Source: Psammoneis japonica (lineage: Eukaryota). From it: a stretch of DNA of 64,000 bases. The notes under the pieces were generated by a model. The model ran no database searches. It saw nothing but the letters and a program-made list of their open reading frames with translations, and had not been told where the DNA came from. The translations under genes and the position numbers were made by a program. Shown here one piece after another: positions 26,966-40,393 of the stretch. Numbering within the stretch: the first letter of the stretch is position 1; every line of letters begins with the position of its first letter. The DNA is taken from contig QPGO01000281.1 in the NCBI GenBank assembly GCA_008632985.1, forward strand, positions 1 to 64,000. The letters are read 5' to 3'.

Positions 26966-29900
26966 TCATTCACTCACAGTGATTTCCCAACTCTTTCTTG
27001 CAAACATGATGAATTTGATCCTTTCAGAATTGGCAAAGTCATTGCGGCACACGTGAAGCAGTGTGGTGTGAGCACCTTCCATTGCTTTCGTTCTGATGTC
27101 TTCTTCGGAAACTCCAAGACAAGCTTCTTCCTGATCGGAAGGCTTTCCCAACCACTGTTCTTGTTGTTCTTGGGTCACAAGGTTGCTTGCAAAGAACATG
27201 CTCGCATGGCTCTTTGCAGCATCATTGTCCATTGTGCATGTGTCGAAAACAGCCGACAATTTCTTCCATTGTTTGACAACCTAGAAGAAGGTTGCAAGAG
27301 CAAAGGGAATCACTGTGTCCCCCCCTTCTTCGTTTTTGGAGAGCAAGGCCCGAAGATCAATTAGATTTTGGAAAAATTGAGTCATCCCAAAATGACTGTC
27401 GCGCCACTCTCCATCTGGCATCCAGCAGTGGTCCAACATGATTTGGTCGAACCCATGATCATCGAAATCAACAAGTTTCTCAAACTGCTGCTTGACTCTC
27501 TTGACGAAATCTCTTGCTTCCACATTGCAATTTAAGTGCAGATCAGGATGGCCGTCTTGGAGAGAAGCTGTTGGAACGACGTTTGTGACTGTTTTGTTGG
27601 ATTCCTCAAATGCCATTGCGCGGGCCTCGTCTCGCCTGTGTTGGGCAGACAACACTGAGGCCACCCCCTTCTCAGAGCACATTTCTTGAGAAGATAGTTG
27701 CCTTGCATTGAGCAGATGGGTCATCCCCAACCACAGCACATTGTGTGTTTCCCCGTCAGTTTCGTCACTTGCGAAACAATCTCCCAAGTCGCTGTGGTCC
27801 TCTTCACCCTCAGAGCAATGTGCAACTTGGTTGTGCTCATCGTCAATGGGCTCTTTGCTTTTGTCCTCTTCACCCATGCAAGCAGTTGGAAGTTCGCTTG
27901 TTTTCTCGTCAATTGACTCCTCCTTGCAATTGCCACTTTTGTTCATTGCGAATGACAACAAATCACTGGCAGCCTTCTTCCTCTTAGAACGAGAAATCAA
28001 TGTGATGATGTCAGCACAATCAGACAAAAAACAAATGTGATTGCCATGAAAAAGCAACCTCTCTTTGCCGCTCCAGTTTGGCTCAAACTTCATCAATCGA
28101 CACGAATGGGACTGGCTCCCATTCATGCCTTCCAAACCGCTTGATCATTGATTGCCCATCAGAGAACAAGAGCAACAGATGCTGTCCGCAACAAAAGACA
28201 TCGCAGATTCCCATCTTTTCACAAGCCACACTCAGGTCACACAGCAAAGACTCTGGGCCATTTTTTCCACAGTCTTCCAAATCAAAATCACCCTCTGTCC
28301 GTTCTAAGAGTAAATCGCGCTCCTCCACCGGGACCTTCATTTCCTCCATTTGCTTTGCCGCTCCCAACTTGGCTGCCGGATGGACAAGATTACGAAGGTC
28401 AGGGTGAGGATGGATCCCGTGCCACACAGCATCAACATCTGCACAGAGTTCATGCATCTGAGCTCTCCACAATCAGCACCTGCATGATCCCATGTTTGGA
28501 CCACGGTTTTGAACATGTCCTCGATCGCCTTGTGGTCAAACGTTGGCTTGCCAACATTGTCTTTGATCCAGTCGATGATGACAACCAGTCCGCCAACAAG
28601 CAAATCCATCAAACCGTTGAGTTTCGTCCCGCACTCTGCCACATGAACCTCCTCGAAATCGAGTCCCAGGCTCTGCATGCGTCGGTCATTGCAATCCCCC
28701 ACAATGCTGCCGAGTGGCCTCGCAGCTTCTCTGAAGTGATGAAGGGCACAATCGCCAGCCACGAAAGGACGCTTCACAGCATCTGTGTTGCACAACAAGT
28801 GGCAAAAACGGGAGAATCCGGTTTGACACCCAGCCACAACGGCGCAACAAAAGCAATCGTGTGCACCAACCTCATCAAGGTTGTCGATGATTGCCGAACA
28901 ACCGCACGAGAAATTAAAGTCCTTCACGATGGCAAACGGAAGACATTTCCTTGGCATGACAATGACGGGATGCTCAACTGTGTCGGACGGAAGATTTGGC
29001 TTGCCAATTTCCTCTTCCACCCACACAGAGTGAGGGTCAAGGAAAAAATCTTTGATGTTTCTGTGGGTCAGCTTGCCCGACGGAGGACAATGAGGGCCAC
29101 GGCATCTCATCATTTCTGCAGCATGTGACAGATCAAGTTTTGCAAAATGACCATGCACACACGATCGGAACTCGGCATGCCCATGCACCGAACTGACACA
29201 GTTTCCAGCGTTGCCTTTGGATGCAGTGACAACCTTCAACGACCAAGAGCGACCAACAGCATCTCGCAGTGACAAGCAAAGAGCACCAGTCTTGGTGCAC
29301 CCATCCATGTCACAATCCTCTTTGTCAATGTGCAGCTCGGTTTTCGAATTGACGGATTTTTTGCCGGACGACGAGATGCACTTAACTTGAATTTCCATGC
29401 CTTCCCTTCTAATGTGCTTGGCTCCAACCATCTTACAGAGCTCAGCCGTGAAAAGACTGTCACGGCGCGGGTCATGGAAGGAACGCATTTCTTTCAATGC
29501 AACAAGATTAATTTCATCCTTGCAGAGTTGCGTGGCATCCAAGATTGAGGCTGTCATCACCTGCACATCCTTTGAAGCTTCTCCCACTTGTCCCTGCCAA
29601 AGACAGCACCAGGCTTGTGAGCAGGTCCCACTTCAGCCAACTCACCGTCTGCGACTTCGCAATTCTGGCCACAACAACCAAAAGAGATCCGACAGCGCAA
29701 CTTGCATTCTGGTCCATCCCTTTTTTTGTTCGGCTTGCCATGTTCCAACACTGCACGGAGCATTGACGACACACTGAATCGCAATCCAAAAAAGCATTTC
29801 TGACACATCTTGTCCATGTGTCGCAATCAGCAATTTGTTCTGAGAAACATCAGAAGGTTCACCATCTTTGGGGTTTTTGAGACTGGGGCTTGAGGAGCAA

Positions 29901-31100
29901 AGGGAGGCGGCTGAAGAGGTGGCAAGAAGAACAGAAGAATTGGAGACAAGAAGAGGAGCACAAACAATCAATCAAACAATGTGATGGATTCATGCCATTT
30001 GGATTTTTTCGTTTCCGAGCATTTTTCGCAATGGATGGAATTGCGTTGCTGATTTCTTTCTTCTTGCACTGAGTGGCAAAGTCACGAAGCCTGGCTTTCC
30101 ACACAGCCTCAAAACGATCCCTTGCAGCCTTGCTTTTGCCGGAATCGTCAGCGGCAGAAACCACACGATCAATTTTCACACATCTTAAAAGAGTCTCACA
30201 GACATGTGTTGCGCACATTTGTTCTCGCTCAACATCGAGCATCGCCAGTCGCACAGGCTTTTCCCAAGAATTTTTGTGTTGGTGGAACAACGACTTTACG
30301 AATTCAGGGAAGGACATGGGGCACTCGTCTTTGGTCGTCTCATGGTGACCAAGAGCCAGGAAATTCTCCAAAAAGTTGATGCAAGTCAATGTCTCATCAC
30401 ATTCGCCGAACAGGGAGTGCAGCCAACAATCGCAATCACCATTCCTTTCAGGTGCGTGCGGTGGAAATCTTGTCACAAAGAATCAAAAAACCAATGTGAA
30501 GGTGTTGCGCGCAACGCAAAACCTTCCCTTCAAAACTTCTCAGCTTGATGTGCTTGACAAGTGGCTCTCCCTTTGGGTTGCACAATCTGGGATCATGGAG
30601 AAGCTTGCACAACATGGAAATCTTTGCCATCATGTTGGCTGCAATGTCTGTTGATTTTGCCTTGTCGCCGACGACTTTCACATCCTCCACTTTGGGAGCA
30701 CGGCGACACTCCAACGCATGAGGATGTTTGGCGCCTTGACTGGAGTGACTACATCCTTTTCCGGAAAGAAAGTGCAGCAAGCTCTTGCACCCAAGTTCCT
30801 TTGCAACAATGCGGTTCACAGCCATTGGTTCTACAAAAAAATGAGGTCTGCCCTTCGACTTTTGCCACACACAGGCAAGCACGATCCAATTCGGAGAGGG
30901 ATCATAAGTGAAAGTGTGGTGAAACTGAACCTTGGATTTCACCGTCTTGATTGTCGCTTTGACACGGCTCCGCTCATTGCTGTTGATCACTCCAAAACCA
31001 CTGGCAAAGAGAGATTCAAATGCGGCCTCCTCGAGGTGGGAATCATTGTTGTCTTGCGACACGGAGGTGACCGACAGGTCGCGCGGCGCCATGGTTGCTG
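26966..31100 (-). pseudogene. Accessory ORFs a and b of element 2
   Basis: Homologous to 7740-12213 through the motif blocks listed for those features. Confidence 0.6.
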
Positions 31101-32249
31101 TTCCAACAACAAAAAATCTGGTTTCTGCAGAAATGTGCCAGAGTGGTGTGTGGGAGAAGTTGCATGCGCGCCTGGTGCGATTTGGAGTTTTAAACACAAA
31201 AACCTGCCAGACGCGCATGTGACTTCTCCCAGGGAAATCCTGCGTGAGATCATGCCGGGAAAAAGCAATGCGGAGTGCAGAATTGATGGAAGAAAATGTT
31301 GTGCGGAACAGCATCAGAGAAAGGGTGCATGTGCTGGAAAACAACATGGATTTCTGCACGCGCGTCAAGGCACGTGAAAAACATGTGGGTGCCTTCAAGT
31401 GACGCATGCGAACAATCACAAAGAAACATTCAGAAATGGAGACAGCACAGAGAGAAGTCAGAAACATGGATCCAAAACAAAGTGACACAACAGAAAAAAA
31501 AAACAACAACAAGAGCTGAAGGCGACGGTGACGGGATCAATGAAAAAGAAGGATTCGGATGGAAAGACGCCAGAGACGGTGAAAACAGGTGGCGCCAAGA
31601 CGAAGAAGGAAGAGAAAAATGGGATGGGAAAAATGAAGAAAGAGAAAAAGAAGCAGACGACATGACATCAAGAGGGGAGCGGTGATGCGATTCTGCATTT
31701 CGAGGGACCTCTTCCTCTCAATGATGTTTGCCCAAATGCAAGAAATGCAGTGTGGCTTTTTTGGAACGGTGACAAGGAAACATCCAACGTGGCAGTGGCA
31801 CATTTGAAATTCTTGCAAGAGAGCGGACAAGACACATGGAATGAAGAGGACGATGCAGACAACCAGGCAAATTGGAGCACAGTTGTTGATTGAACAATTG
31901 GCGCACACTTCACATGATGAAAATTTCATTGCACGCAACTGCAATGTTTGGCTTGTCGTCAAAGATCATCAGTTGTTGTGAAAAAGGCAGAGCACAAAAA
32001 TTAAAAAACATCTGTGTTCAAACATGAAGAACAGCAGGAGATTGATGACCAACTGAATGACAAAAACTGTCATGTGCAGACAAGTGGATTTTACAATGTG
32101 GCAACACATTTTTGTCATGTGTGCAAACATTGCGATGTCGTGCACTCTGATGGAGTTGCATGATGCAAACACTGGCAACACAAATTTGACCGTCACTGCA
32201 CTTGATTGAAGCGATGTTGACTGGTGGGTTTGGCTTGATCAGATGAAAT

Positions 32250-33518
32250 TTGACATCTGCGGTCAATCCCAACTTTCTAAAACCAAAAGACATCACTTCC
32301 GTGGTTGATCTTTCCAGTGTCAACTGCTGTGCAAGGGAGTGTCACAACAACAGCGCGCTTGAACAGCATGACTTTTGCCCTCCTGAGCGAGTTCGTGATT
32401 TCACCCAGGTGCTTTTCAATCTTTTTCAGATGTGATTTCAACCCCAATCACCTTGACTCACTTTTGTGATTCCTTTGTCCGTCTTTAGGTTGATCTTGGC
32501 TGTGCCATGGCAGATGACCCTAGTCTGGGTGTTCCAATTGGAACCCCGTGCGCCAACATTCAGATGCTGGAAGATGTGCAGTGCACAGGAGAACCTGTCC
32601 CGGGTCCACTCACAGCACTCACGTTCGAGCACAAGTCGGCCCCTTGCCAACAGGATTCTCCCTCAGGCGGCGGATGCATTGGTGCTGGAGATCTAGCATG
32701 TTCACAAATTTCTGCAAGAGAAGCTCTCTGTGAGGGTGACGGTGACACGTTTTTCACAAATCTTGTTTCAAATGGTGATCAAATTCCCATTGATGATGGC
32801 ATGGCAGCGTTGCCCTCCAGCATCGCATGTAAATTCTTTCTTCCTGGGGGTGGCACGGAGTGTCAAACCGTGGCTGTTGACACAGCTGGAGAGAGTGGGA
32901 TCCTCAGTCTCCCCACTGGGTTTGGTGGCCTCACGACAAAGCAATGCACAGTGGGGACAGGAACTGTGAAGAGCTGCCCCATTGCTGTTGTGTGCACATC
33001 GGAGGTTGTGAACATTGCGGACACGAATTTGACGATCAATGAGTTTCTTTTCGAAATCAATGCGGAAGCAGAACAAGATTTGCTTCCCGGCGCCAGCACC
33101 ACAACCATTGAACCAGGTCAGAGTTCCGCAGCGGTTGGCCCGATTGTTGTGGACCATTGTGTGGACCAGTGCTGCGATGCCTCCATGACGATTGAAGTTG
33201 AAGACACATGTGGCACAGTCAAGAATGACAAGGACGACGACAATTTCTGCGTCGTTTTCGACTCCATTGAATTTTCCTTCTTTGACGGCACTCCTGCTCC
33301 TTGTGACCAACTCGTCATCCCGGACAGCCGAAGATGTGCCACTCCAAGTCCTGCCAATTGCATTGGTTTGTCAACGCTTTCAGTCCAGGATGTTTCTTGC
33401 AAAGAAAGCGAAAGCCAAAACAGCCAAGTCACCGATGCATGCGATGACTTTGCTGATGTGGGACTCGAAGGGGAAACATTCCTTGTCACGTGTGGCACCG
33501 CTCAGGCTGACACTCTAA
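32250..33518 (+). pseudogene. Gene A copy 2, 5' part (TpA-depleted); continues in 33872-33920, 52001-52029 and 53023-53459
   Basis: Phase-0 intron 32409-32488 (GT…ttttAG-type). ORF 32507 onward aligns to A3 and A1 (KNDKDDDNFCVVFD, LSVQDVSCKESESQN). Removing four insertions restores …IRDV.L.EPFEFDIGDDCPTERIQCKVYNP. Confidence 0.85.
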
Positions 33519-33868
33519 CGGCACACTGAATTAAAGTCGCGCATTGGGCGCACCCTCCAGCGAAAAGTGGGGGAGGGAGGGCAATGGTGTAAAACCATGT
33601 CAATCTGTAAAACACGTGCTTTGTCGTGCAAAACACATGAATTGGCTCGCTGCCTTGTGTCTGCACAGGATTCTACATGAGACCTGTCCGTCGTGCACCG
33701 GGCCGTGTTCGATTCCCTCGTCTGGCCGCCGGATGCACATTTTGACTGTTCATGCGCGCCAATTGCATGCGCGTTTTACAGAAACGTCCATTTTGCAGAT
33801 CTGGCCATTCGGGGGCAAAAGTGGGGTGAGGGCATGTGCCCAATGTGCGACTTTAATTCAGCGTGCCC
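33519..33868. mobile_element. 350-bp PIF/Harbinger-type MITE
   Basis: ~35-bp TIR (ggcacactgaattaaagtcgc / gcgactttaattcagcgtgcc). TSD is TAA (33516-18) on the left and CAA (33869-71) on the right. Interrupts the gene A exon. Confidence 0.85.
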
Positions 33869-35422
33869 CAATCAGAGACGTCTGTCTTTACGAACCATTT
33901 GAATTTGACATTGGAGATGACACTGCAAATGAGAGCCACTCTGAACAAGCTGTTTTTGCTCTAAACAAAAAACAAACAGAGCATTTTGCTCCGATTGCAA
34001 GTGCCAAATGATTGGTTGTGGCTTTGCTCTATTTGAGCCACAGCCAGAGCGACAGAGCAAAGTGCCGACATTTGCCCTGTTTGACCGCATTCAGAGGATG
34101 CCTTCAATTGAGTCCAATTCTTCAGGGCATTCGCTCCAAACAACTGCAGCCTCCTGCGACCTTTTACATTCTCAGAGCAAATGGTTTTTTTTCAAAGCAA
34201 ATGAACAATGAACATGTGCACACACAACAAGACGCAATGATGGACGATTCAAAGCGCCATTGGCGCACATGCACGCGTGCATTCATGGTTGCATGTCAAT
34301 GCTCGTCATCTCATTTTTGTGTGTGGCGATCTCGACGAGCATCGTTGTTGCTCCATCATTGTCGCCCATGTCGGCACATCACACACACAACACAATTTTT
34401 GCATTTCCACCTTTGTCCAAGTCATGGCCTCCACAGCCTTCTCCACATGCTGCAAACATTGCTTCTTGACTGTTCCATTGACTCAATGTGACAACTCCAA
34501 CAGCAAATTCCGACCTCGACCTGCAGCGCTGTTCAGACAGTCTGCGTTCCCTGGATCTGTTGTTTGGATTTGACCACAACCAACCTGTGGAACTTTGATC
34601 AGGTGATTCGGATCTTTGATGAATCAAGCGACCCGGCGGATCTCTTGATGGACGCACACTCCTCCTTCTTCCCTTGGGAGCGCCGGATCTGCTCCAAGCA
34701 GGAGCGTCACATGGACCTTTTCTGTGATGCATGGATGGGTGGAATTTGAGCAAGCAGATGCTGCAATGAAAAACAATGAGAGCAGCACAGCTTCACAACT
34801 CCTTTGTCACACGCAAGAGAATGTGATCGTGCGATGATGATGTCGCCTTTGTGTGGTCGTGATTGAGAGATGCATGTTGGGTGAGTCAGAACATCGGAAT
34901 CCGGAATTTTGCATGTCATCCCCTGTCGCGCGGCCAACTGGTTGTGGCCGCCTGCAGTGCCACAAACAGAACACCACAAAAATTCTGCACTCATCACAGA
35001 TTTTAACAAGAAAGTGAGTCCCCTCTTTTCCACAACATCACTGCATTTGCCGCATGTTGCAATGACACAAACAGCGGAAAAGCATGCATCCACAACACCG
35101 CTGCTGACACCGCTGTTGTCGTCAAACTTTGCTGTTCATGCAATGCCATTGTCGTTCATCCTTCCATTGCATGTTGTCATTTTTATCAACTTGTTAACAA
35201 GTGTTGACAATGTTGTGACCTTTGGCAAAGGATCATTGCAAGACACCACCAGAACAGAACCTGCAACGCTGCTGCAAGAACAATGCTGAGCTCACGGCAC
35301 AGTCTGTGCGTTGTTTCTTCACCTCGCATCTCAGATGATTTGGTGTGCATGCTGCACTTCGTTGACTCTTTACAATCATCATCAGGCACTGCAACGAAAT
35401 TGGTCACAGACAAAGTCAGCAA

Positions 35423-36928
35423 CTTCCCTGTGTCTCCGCGTCTGCTGCTGAGAATTGCACAGCAACGGACGAGTGGGACTGCCAGTCCGTCGCCCAGCGA
35501 CATTCCGCCAATCAGTTTTCATGACAAGACCTGGAGAACTGGCTGGGGCACCCTCGTTGTGTTGCACAGTTTGAAGAAAAGAGGACCGGCTGATCTGGGT
35601 TGTGTTGGCAGACGGCGCAAGCTCATTTCTCCTTGACATTGGCAAGAACACACACATTCCAGAGTCACTTGTCGGTGGATCGTCTCCGTCTTTGACATCT
35701 CTTCCCTGTGTCTCCGTGTCTGCTGCTGAGAATTGCACAGCAACGGACAAGTGGGGCTGCCAGTCCGTCGCCCAGCGATGTTCCGCTGATCGGTTTTCAA
35801 CAACAAGACCTGGAGAACTGGCTGGGGCACCCTCGTTGTGTTGTGCAGTTTGAAGAAAAGAGGACCGGCTGATCTGGGTTGTGTTGGCAGACGGCGCAAG
35901 CTCATTTCTCCTTGACATTGGCAAGAACACACACACTCCAGAGTCACTTGTTGGTGGATCGTCTCCGTCTTTGACATCTCTTCCCTGTGTCTCCGCGTCT
36001 GCTGCTGAGAATTGCACAGCAACGGATGAGTGGGACTGCCAGTCCGTCGCCCAGTGATGTTCCGCCAATCGGTTTTCAACAACAAGACCTGGAGAACTGG
36101 CTGGGGCACCCTCGTTGTGTTGCACAGTTTGAAGAAAAGAGGACCGGCTGATCTGGGTTGTGTTGGCAGACGGTGCAAGTGGATTTCTCCTTGACATCGG
36201 CAAGAACATGTGCATTCCAGAGTCACTTGTTGGTGGATCGTCTCCGTCTTTGACATCGCTTCCCTGTGTCTCCGCATCTGCTGCTGACAATTGTGCAGCA
36301 ACGGACAAGTGGGACTGCCAGTCCGTCGCCCAGCGACACTCTGCCAATGGGTTTTCAATGACAAGACCTGGAGAACTGGCTGGGGCACCCTCGTTGTGTT
36401 GCACAGTTTGAAGAAAAGAGGACCGGCTGATCTGGGTTGTGTTGGCAGACGGCACAAGCTCATTTCTCCTTGACATCATCTCCATCTGTCATGTCTCTTC
36501 CCTGCATCTCCGCGTCTGCCGCTGACAATTGTGCAGCAATGGACGAGTGGGACTGCCAGTCCGTCGCCCAGTGATGTTCCACCAATCGGTTTTCAACAAC
36601 AAGACCTGGAGAACTGGCTGGGGCACCCTCGTTGTGTTGCACAGTTTGAAGAAAAGAGGACCGGCTGATCTGGGTTGTGTTGGCAGACGGCGCAAGCTCA
36701 TTTTTCCTTGACATTGGCAAGAACACACATGTTCCAAAGCCACTTGTCGGTGGGTCGTCTCCGTCTGTTGTGTCTCTTCCCTGCATTTCCGCATCTGCTG
36801 CTGAGAATTGCACAGCAATGGACGAGTGGGACTGCCAGTCCACCGCCCAGTGATGGCCCACCAATCAGTTTTCAATGACAAGACCTGGAGAACTGGCTGG
36901 GGCACCCTCGTTGTGTGGTGCAGTTTGA
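35423..36928. repeat. 279-bp tandem repeat, about 5.4 copies
   Basis: Anchor gaagaaaagaggacc at 35573, 35852, 36131, 36410 and 36648 (one unit has a 41-bp deletion). Partial last unit. Confidence 0.95.
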
Positions 36929-37687
36929 TGCAAATGAGGCGAGGACTCACCTGCGATGTCAGGGGACAATGGAATGAAAGCTCTTGCCAAAGCGGCTGTT
37001 GTTGCATCCCAAGAAGAGAAGGAGGAAATTCCGGTTGTCACAGGAGGAGAATGACCACAATTCCCAGGAAGAAGATGTGGAAGAAGAGGAGGAGGAAATG
37101 CGGCTGTCAGAGGAGGAGAAGGAAATCTGTGAATTCCAAGGAAAAAGACAATGATGCTTCTCAGGAGAAGGAAGATGTGGACTCTTTGCCAAAATCATCA
37201 AAATCCAAGGAGGGGGACATTCAAAACATTCCTCCCAAGCTCCGGCATTTCGTGACTTCAATCAAACATGACATGTCAAAGCGTGTGCAGGACAATGTCC
37301 ACCGCACTTGTCCCTTGTTTGCCGTGGTCAACCCAAGCACAGAACCAAAATTACTGACTAAATTGGCAAATTCTGGACGCGGGCCAAATGATCGCGGGAA
37401 GAAATGCTTTTTGTTGCATCACAACCAGAAGGGGTTGTCATCTGACTTCTGCAAAGAAGGAATTAAAAAATCAAGGGCAGCTGCAAAGGATTTTCTTCTT
37501 CGTGAATTCAATCAAGAAAACGAAGGCGACATCATCGATTTGTTGAACAACAAACACACTCACATTTTGGGAATTTGTGCAGTGCCAAAAAATGAAGAAA
37601 TCGGCAAACTGGGTGCGCATCTTGTCGCTGCATTGTTGTGTCAGTGCATTGAATTGGTGCCAGCAACAATTGTTGACTGTGTTCGAG

Positions 37688-38893
37688 TCAACAGAGGAGC
37701 CAAAGTCCACAACCATGGGTTTGATCTGCAAAATGACTGAGCAATTTATGGATGCCACTCATTTCCTCGTCGGTGCACAGGTGTGCGTTTAACCAACAGC
37801 GGCATCCATCAACAATGCATTGGCTCACAAGAGGCTTTGTCCACTGATCGTGCTTTTGGACTTTCACATTGTCCAATGGGGTGGCACAAAGCAGGGGAAG
37901 GAAATGATTCTTGGTCGCAGGCATCAGATCACTTCGTTTCACAGGAGCAAACACAAGCAAGCCGCTGCCCCATGCATCTTGCTCTGTCACTTTGAGTTTC
38001 TTTAGGACAGTTTGTCGACGCTCGGCTGTGAGACAGAACTGTGAAGTTGCAGTCTTCCATGTCATGACAACTTCTTTACAATCCATGCCCGTGGAGGTGC
38101 CACAATTGGGAAGAGATGATGTCATGCTGCAAAACCGATTGCAATGATCGGGTTTTGCCAAAACTGTGCCAGCTTGCAGCCATTTGCCCATGGTGACACA
38201 GGCAACAGCATCAACAAAATGCTTGGGTTCAGCCAGGCATGACAGCATGCATCCACTGCATCCGCCCGTCACAATTTCGTCAACAGCAATCTCAAAGGAA
38301 TGGCGGTGAGCCAACCGACCGAGAGATTCTAGAAAATTGTCACTGGGTGTTGCGCCATTGTTTGCCAGCATTGGTTCTAAAAACAATGCAGTGATTGGCA
38401 CCTTCTTTGCAGCCTGCATCAAACAACGGAGATGAGTGTGGTTGAGACAATCGTTTTTGTGCTCACTGAGCTCCGCGGAGCTCAGAGTGCCTGGCACATG
38501 ATGCGGCAGCGCAATGGTGTGATTGCGTGTAAAAGAGTTAAAGACGTCGTCCGGATGCATTGCCATGCTCGGACCATGTTCTGCACTGAACATGCTGGCA
38601 GTCCAACAGTGGATCGGCCCATGATCACCGGCCACATGACTTCCACATGCAATCAAACATCCGTCGTTGTGCCCTCCCGTCACAGAATTGATTGCAAACA
38701 AATTTGCATCGGAGCCGTTTGGCATCACTTTGTGCAGGACGCATTCCAGGTCTAGGTGGGACCTCGCACCACTGAACTGTGACATCGATGGTTTTTTGAA
38801 TTGTGTCACATGTCGCGCATGCACATTTCTACGTGATTTTGGCGAAATTTTGTGTGATTTTACAGTGCAATGACCAGGCTGTCCATTGAACAA
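37688..38893 (-). pseudogene. Class-III PLP aminotransferase-like cargo gene
   Basis: Motifs NGSDANLFAI, ALFLEPML, AVDEIVTGG.SG and VTMGKW occur in the canonical order. Confidence 0.7.
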
Positions 38894-40393
38894 CTTTTAA
38901 CATTTTTTCTTCTATGCCATTCTCGAGTGTCTTAAGAATGGCGCAGGGCAGGCGCATTGTCCAAAACTTTGAGTACGGACAGGGACAGATGTGCAGCAAA
39001 CTTGGCTGTTTTTTTTTTATGTCAAAGACAAGTGCACACATTAACCAGACTACGAACTACAGAGCTCGCACGCAGAATTCTATGGGGCAAATGTCACAAA
39101 AAGTCCCACCCAGGACTGGAACCCGTCACAGCAGCAATTCACCATCAAAGTGAAGAAAAGTGGCTTCTTCCAACTGCTTGTGATGGCCGATGTCCATGGA
39201 AGAATTCATCAAATCTTTGCCATTGCGTTTTGAGCCACGCTGGCTGACGGCAACCAAACTGCACCCCCAATTTTTTGCCATGTCGTCCATGGCGTCGTTT
39301 GGGATTGTTCAACGTGCAAAAGAGCAAGATGCAAGATTCAAGAAGAGTCCCAAAAGATGATTGGATGGAAAAAAGGGGAGGGATCGCAGTTCTGTTGATG
39401 GACAAAAGGAGGCTCACGAAGCGCAGAGGATTTGTGAAAATGAGGTGGAGCAGCGCATGTGCTCTCAATCACCAAAAGCGCAAAACACGTGCATTCTGCT
39501 GCACTGTGCATTTGCAGACAAGCCCTGCACGCAGGGCCCCATGCATGTTCCACACGCTGAAAGAGTGGCACGCATGCGCGCATGTCCTCCCACCCAATCG
39601 TGTGATTGCACAATGCATTTCATTCAACAACGTAGATGAAGCGAGCACTTTAAAAAAGAGCACACATGAAAACTCAAACTTCAATTGTGGAAAATCATGC
39701 ATTCAAAAGTGAGCCAATGAGAACCCAATTTTTGTTTGAGGAAAATTTTGTTTCAAATGGGAGGAAAGAACAATCTTCTTAACACAACAGGTCGACATGG
39801 TTGTCAATGTTCATTTTAGAACATTGGTGCTTGATTGAAACAATGAAAAATGCAGAAAAGAGTGAAACTGAATGTGGTTCAAAAACCGTGCAATGAGAAC
39901 ATGCAACCGTGACTTTGCAATTGCACCAAACAGATTCGGCTCGTCCCGGACCATCCACAAGTGTAAAAAGTGATCAGAAGTCGAAAACACAATGACGAAT
40001 TCATTTCATCAGACACAGGTGTCGGTCGTCAGCCTTGATCTTACAAACACATCGAGGGCAGACACTTCAACAGAGGGAAACACAACCATGTCAAGGACAG
40101 ATGTTGCAACAGTGGGAAACACAGGTGGGTGTGTTTGAAATCGCAGCATGCGTTTGGAAGCTAACATTGTGATCTGACATGCAGTGGGAAGCTTCTGTGA
40201 CAAATCCAGGGGAAAAAATGACAGCACCCAATCGTCCACTGGATTGTCCAAGAGACTTTTTCCATCCGACAACAGGGGCTGACCCCGCAAGACCAGAGGA
40301 TGCTGCTCTTTTGTGGTCATGCGGAAAGGCACGTCCACAACTTGGTGAGGTGGAGACGGTGCCGCCCAATGGCAAGAAGATGCTTCAAGAGGT

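Larger units (their letters stand above)
23870..31900. mobile_element. Plavaka-like element 2, inverted relative to element 1 and internally deleted (ends approximate)
   Basis: Same order of ORFa, ORFb, transposase C-terminus and ORF2, in the opposite orientation. CpG-retaining block. Confidence 0.55.

Noticed and set aside
33255..33275. A2 as a retrocopy because it lacks the intron seen in A1 and A3
   Set aside because: The loss also removes ~20 exonic bases around a ccat microhomology, and the upstream intron 32409-32488 is retained.
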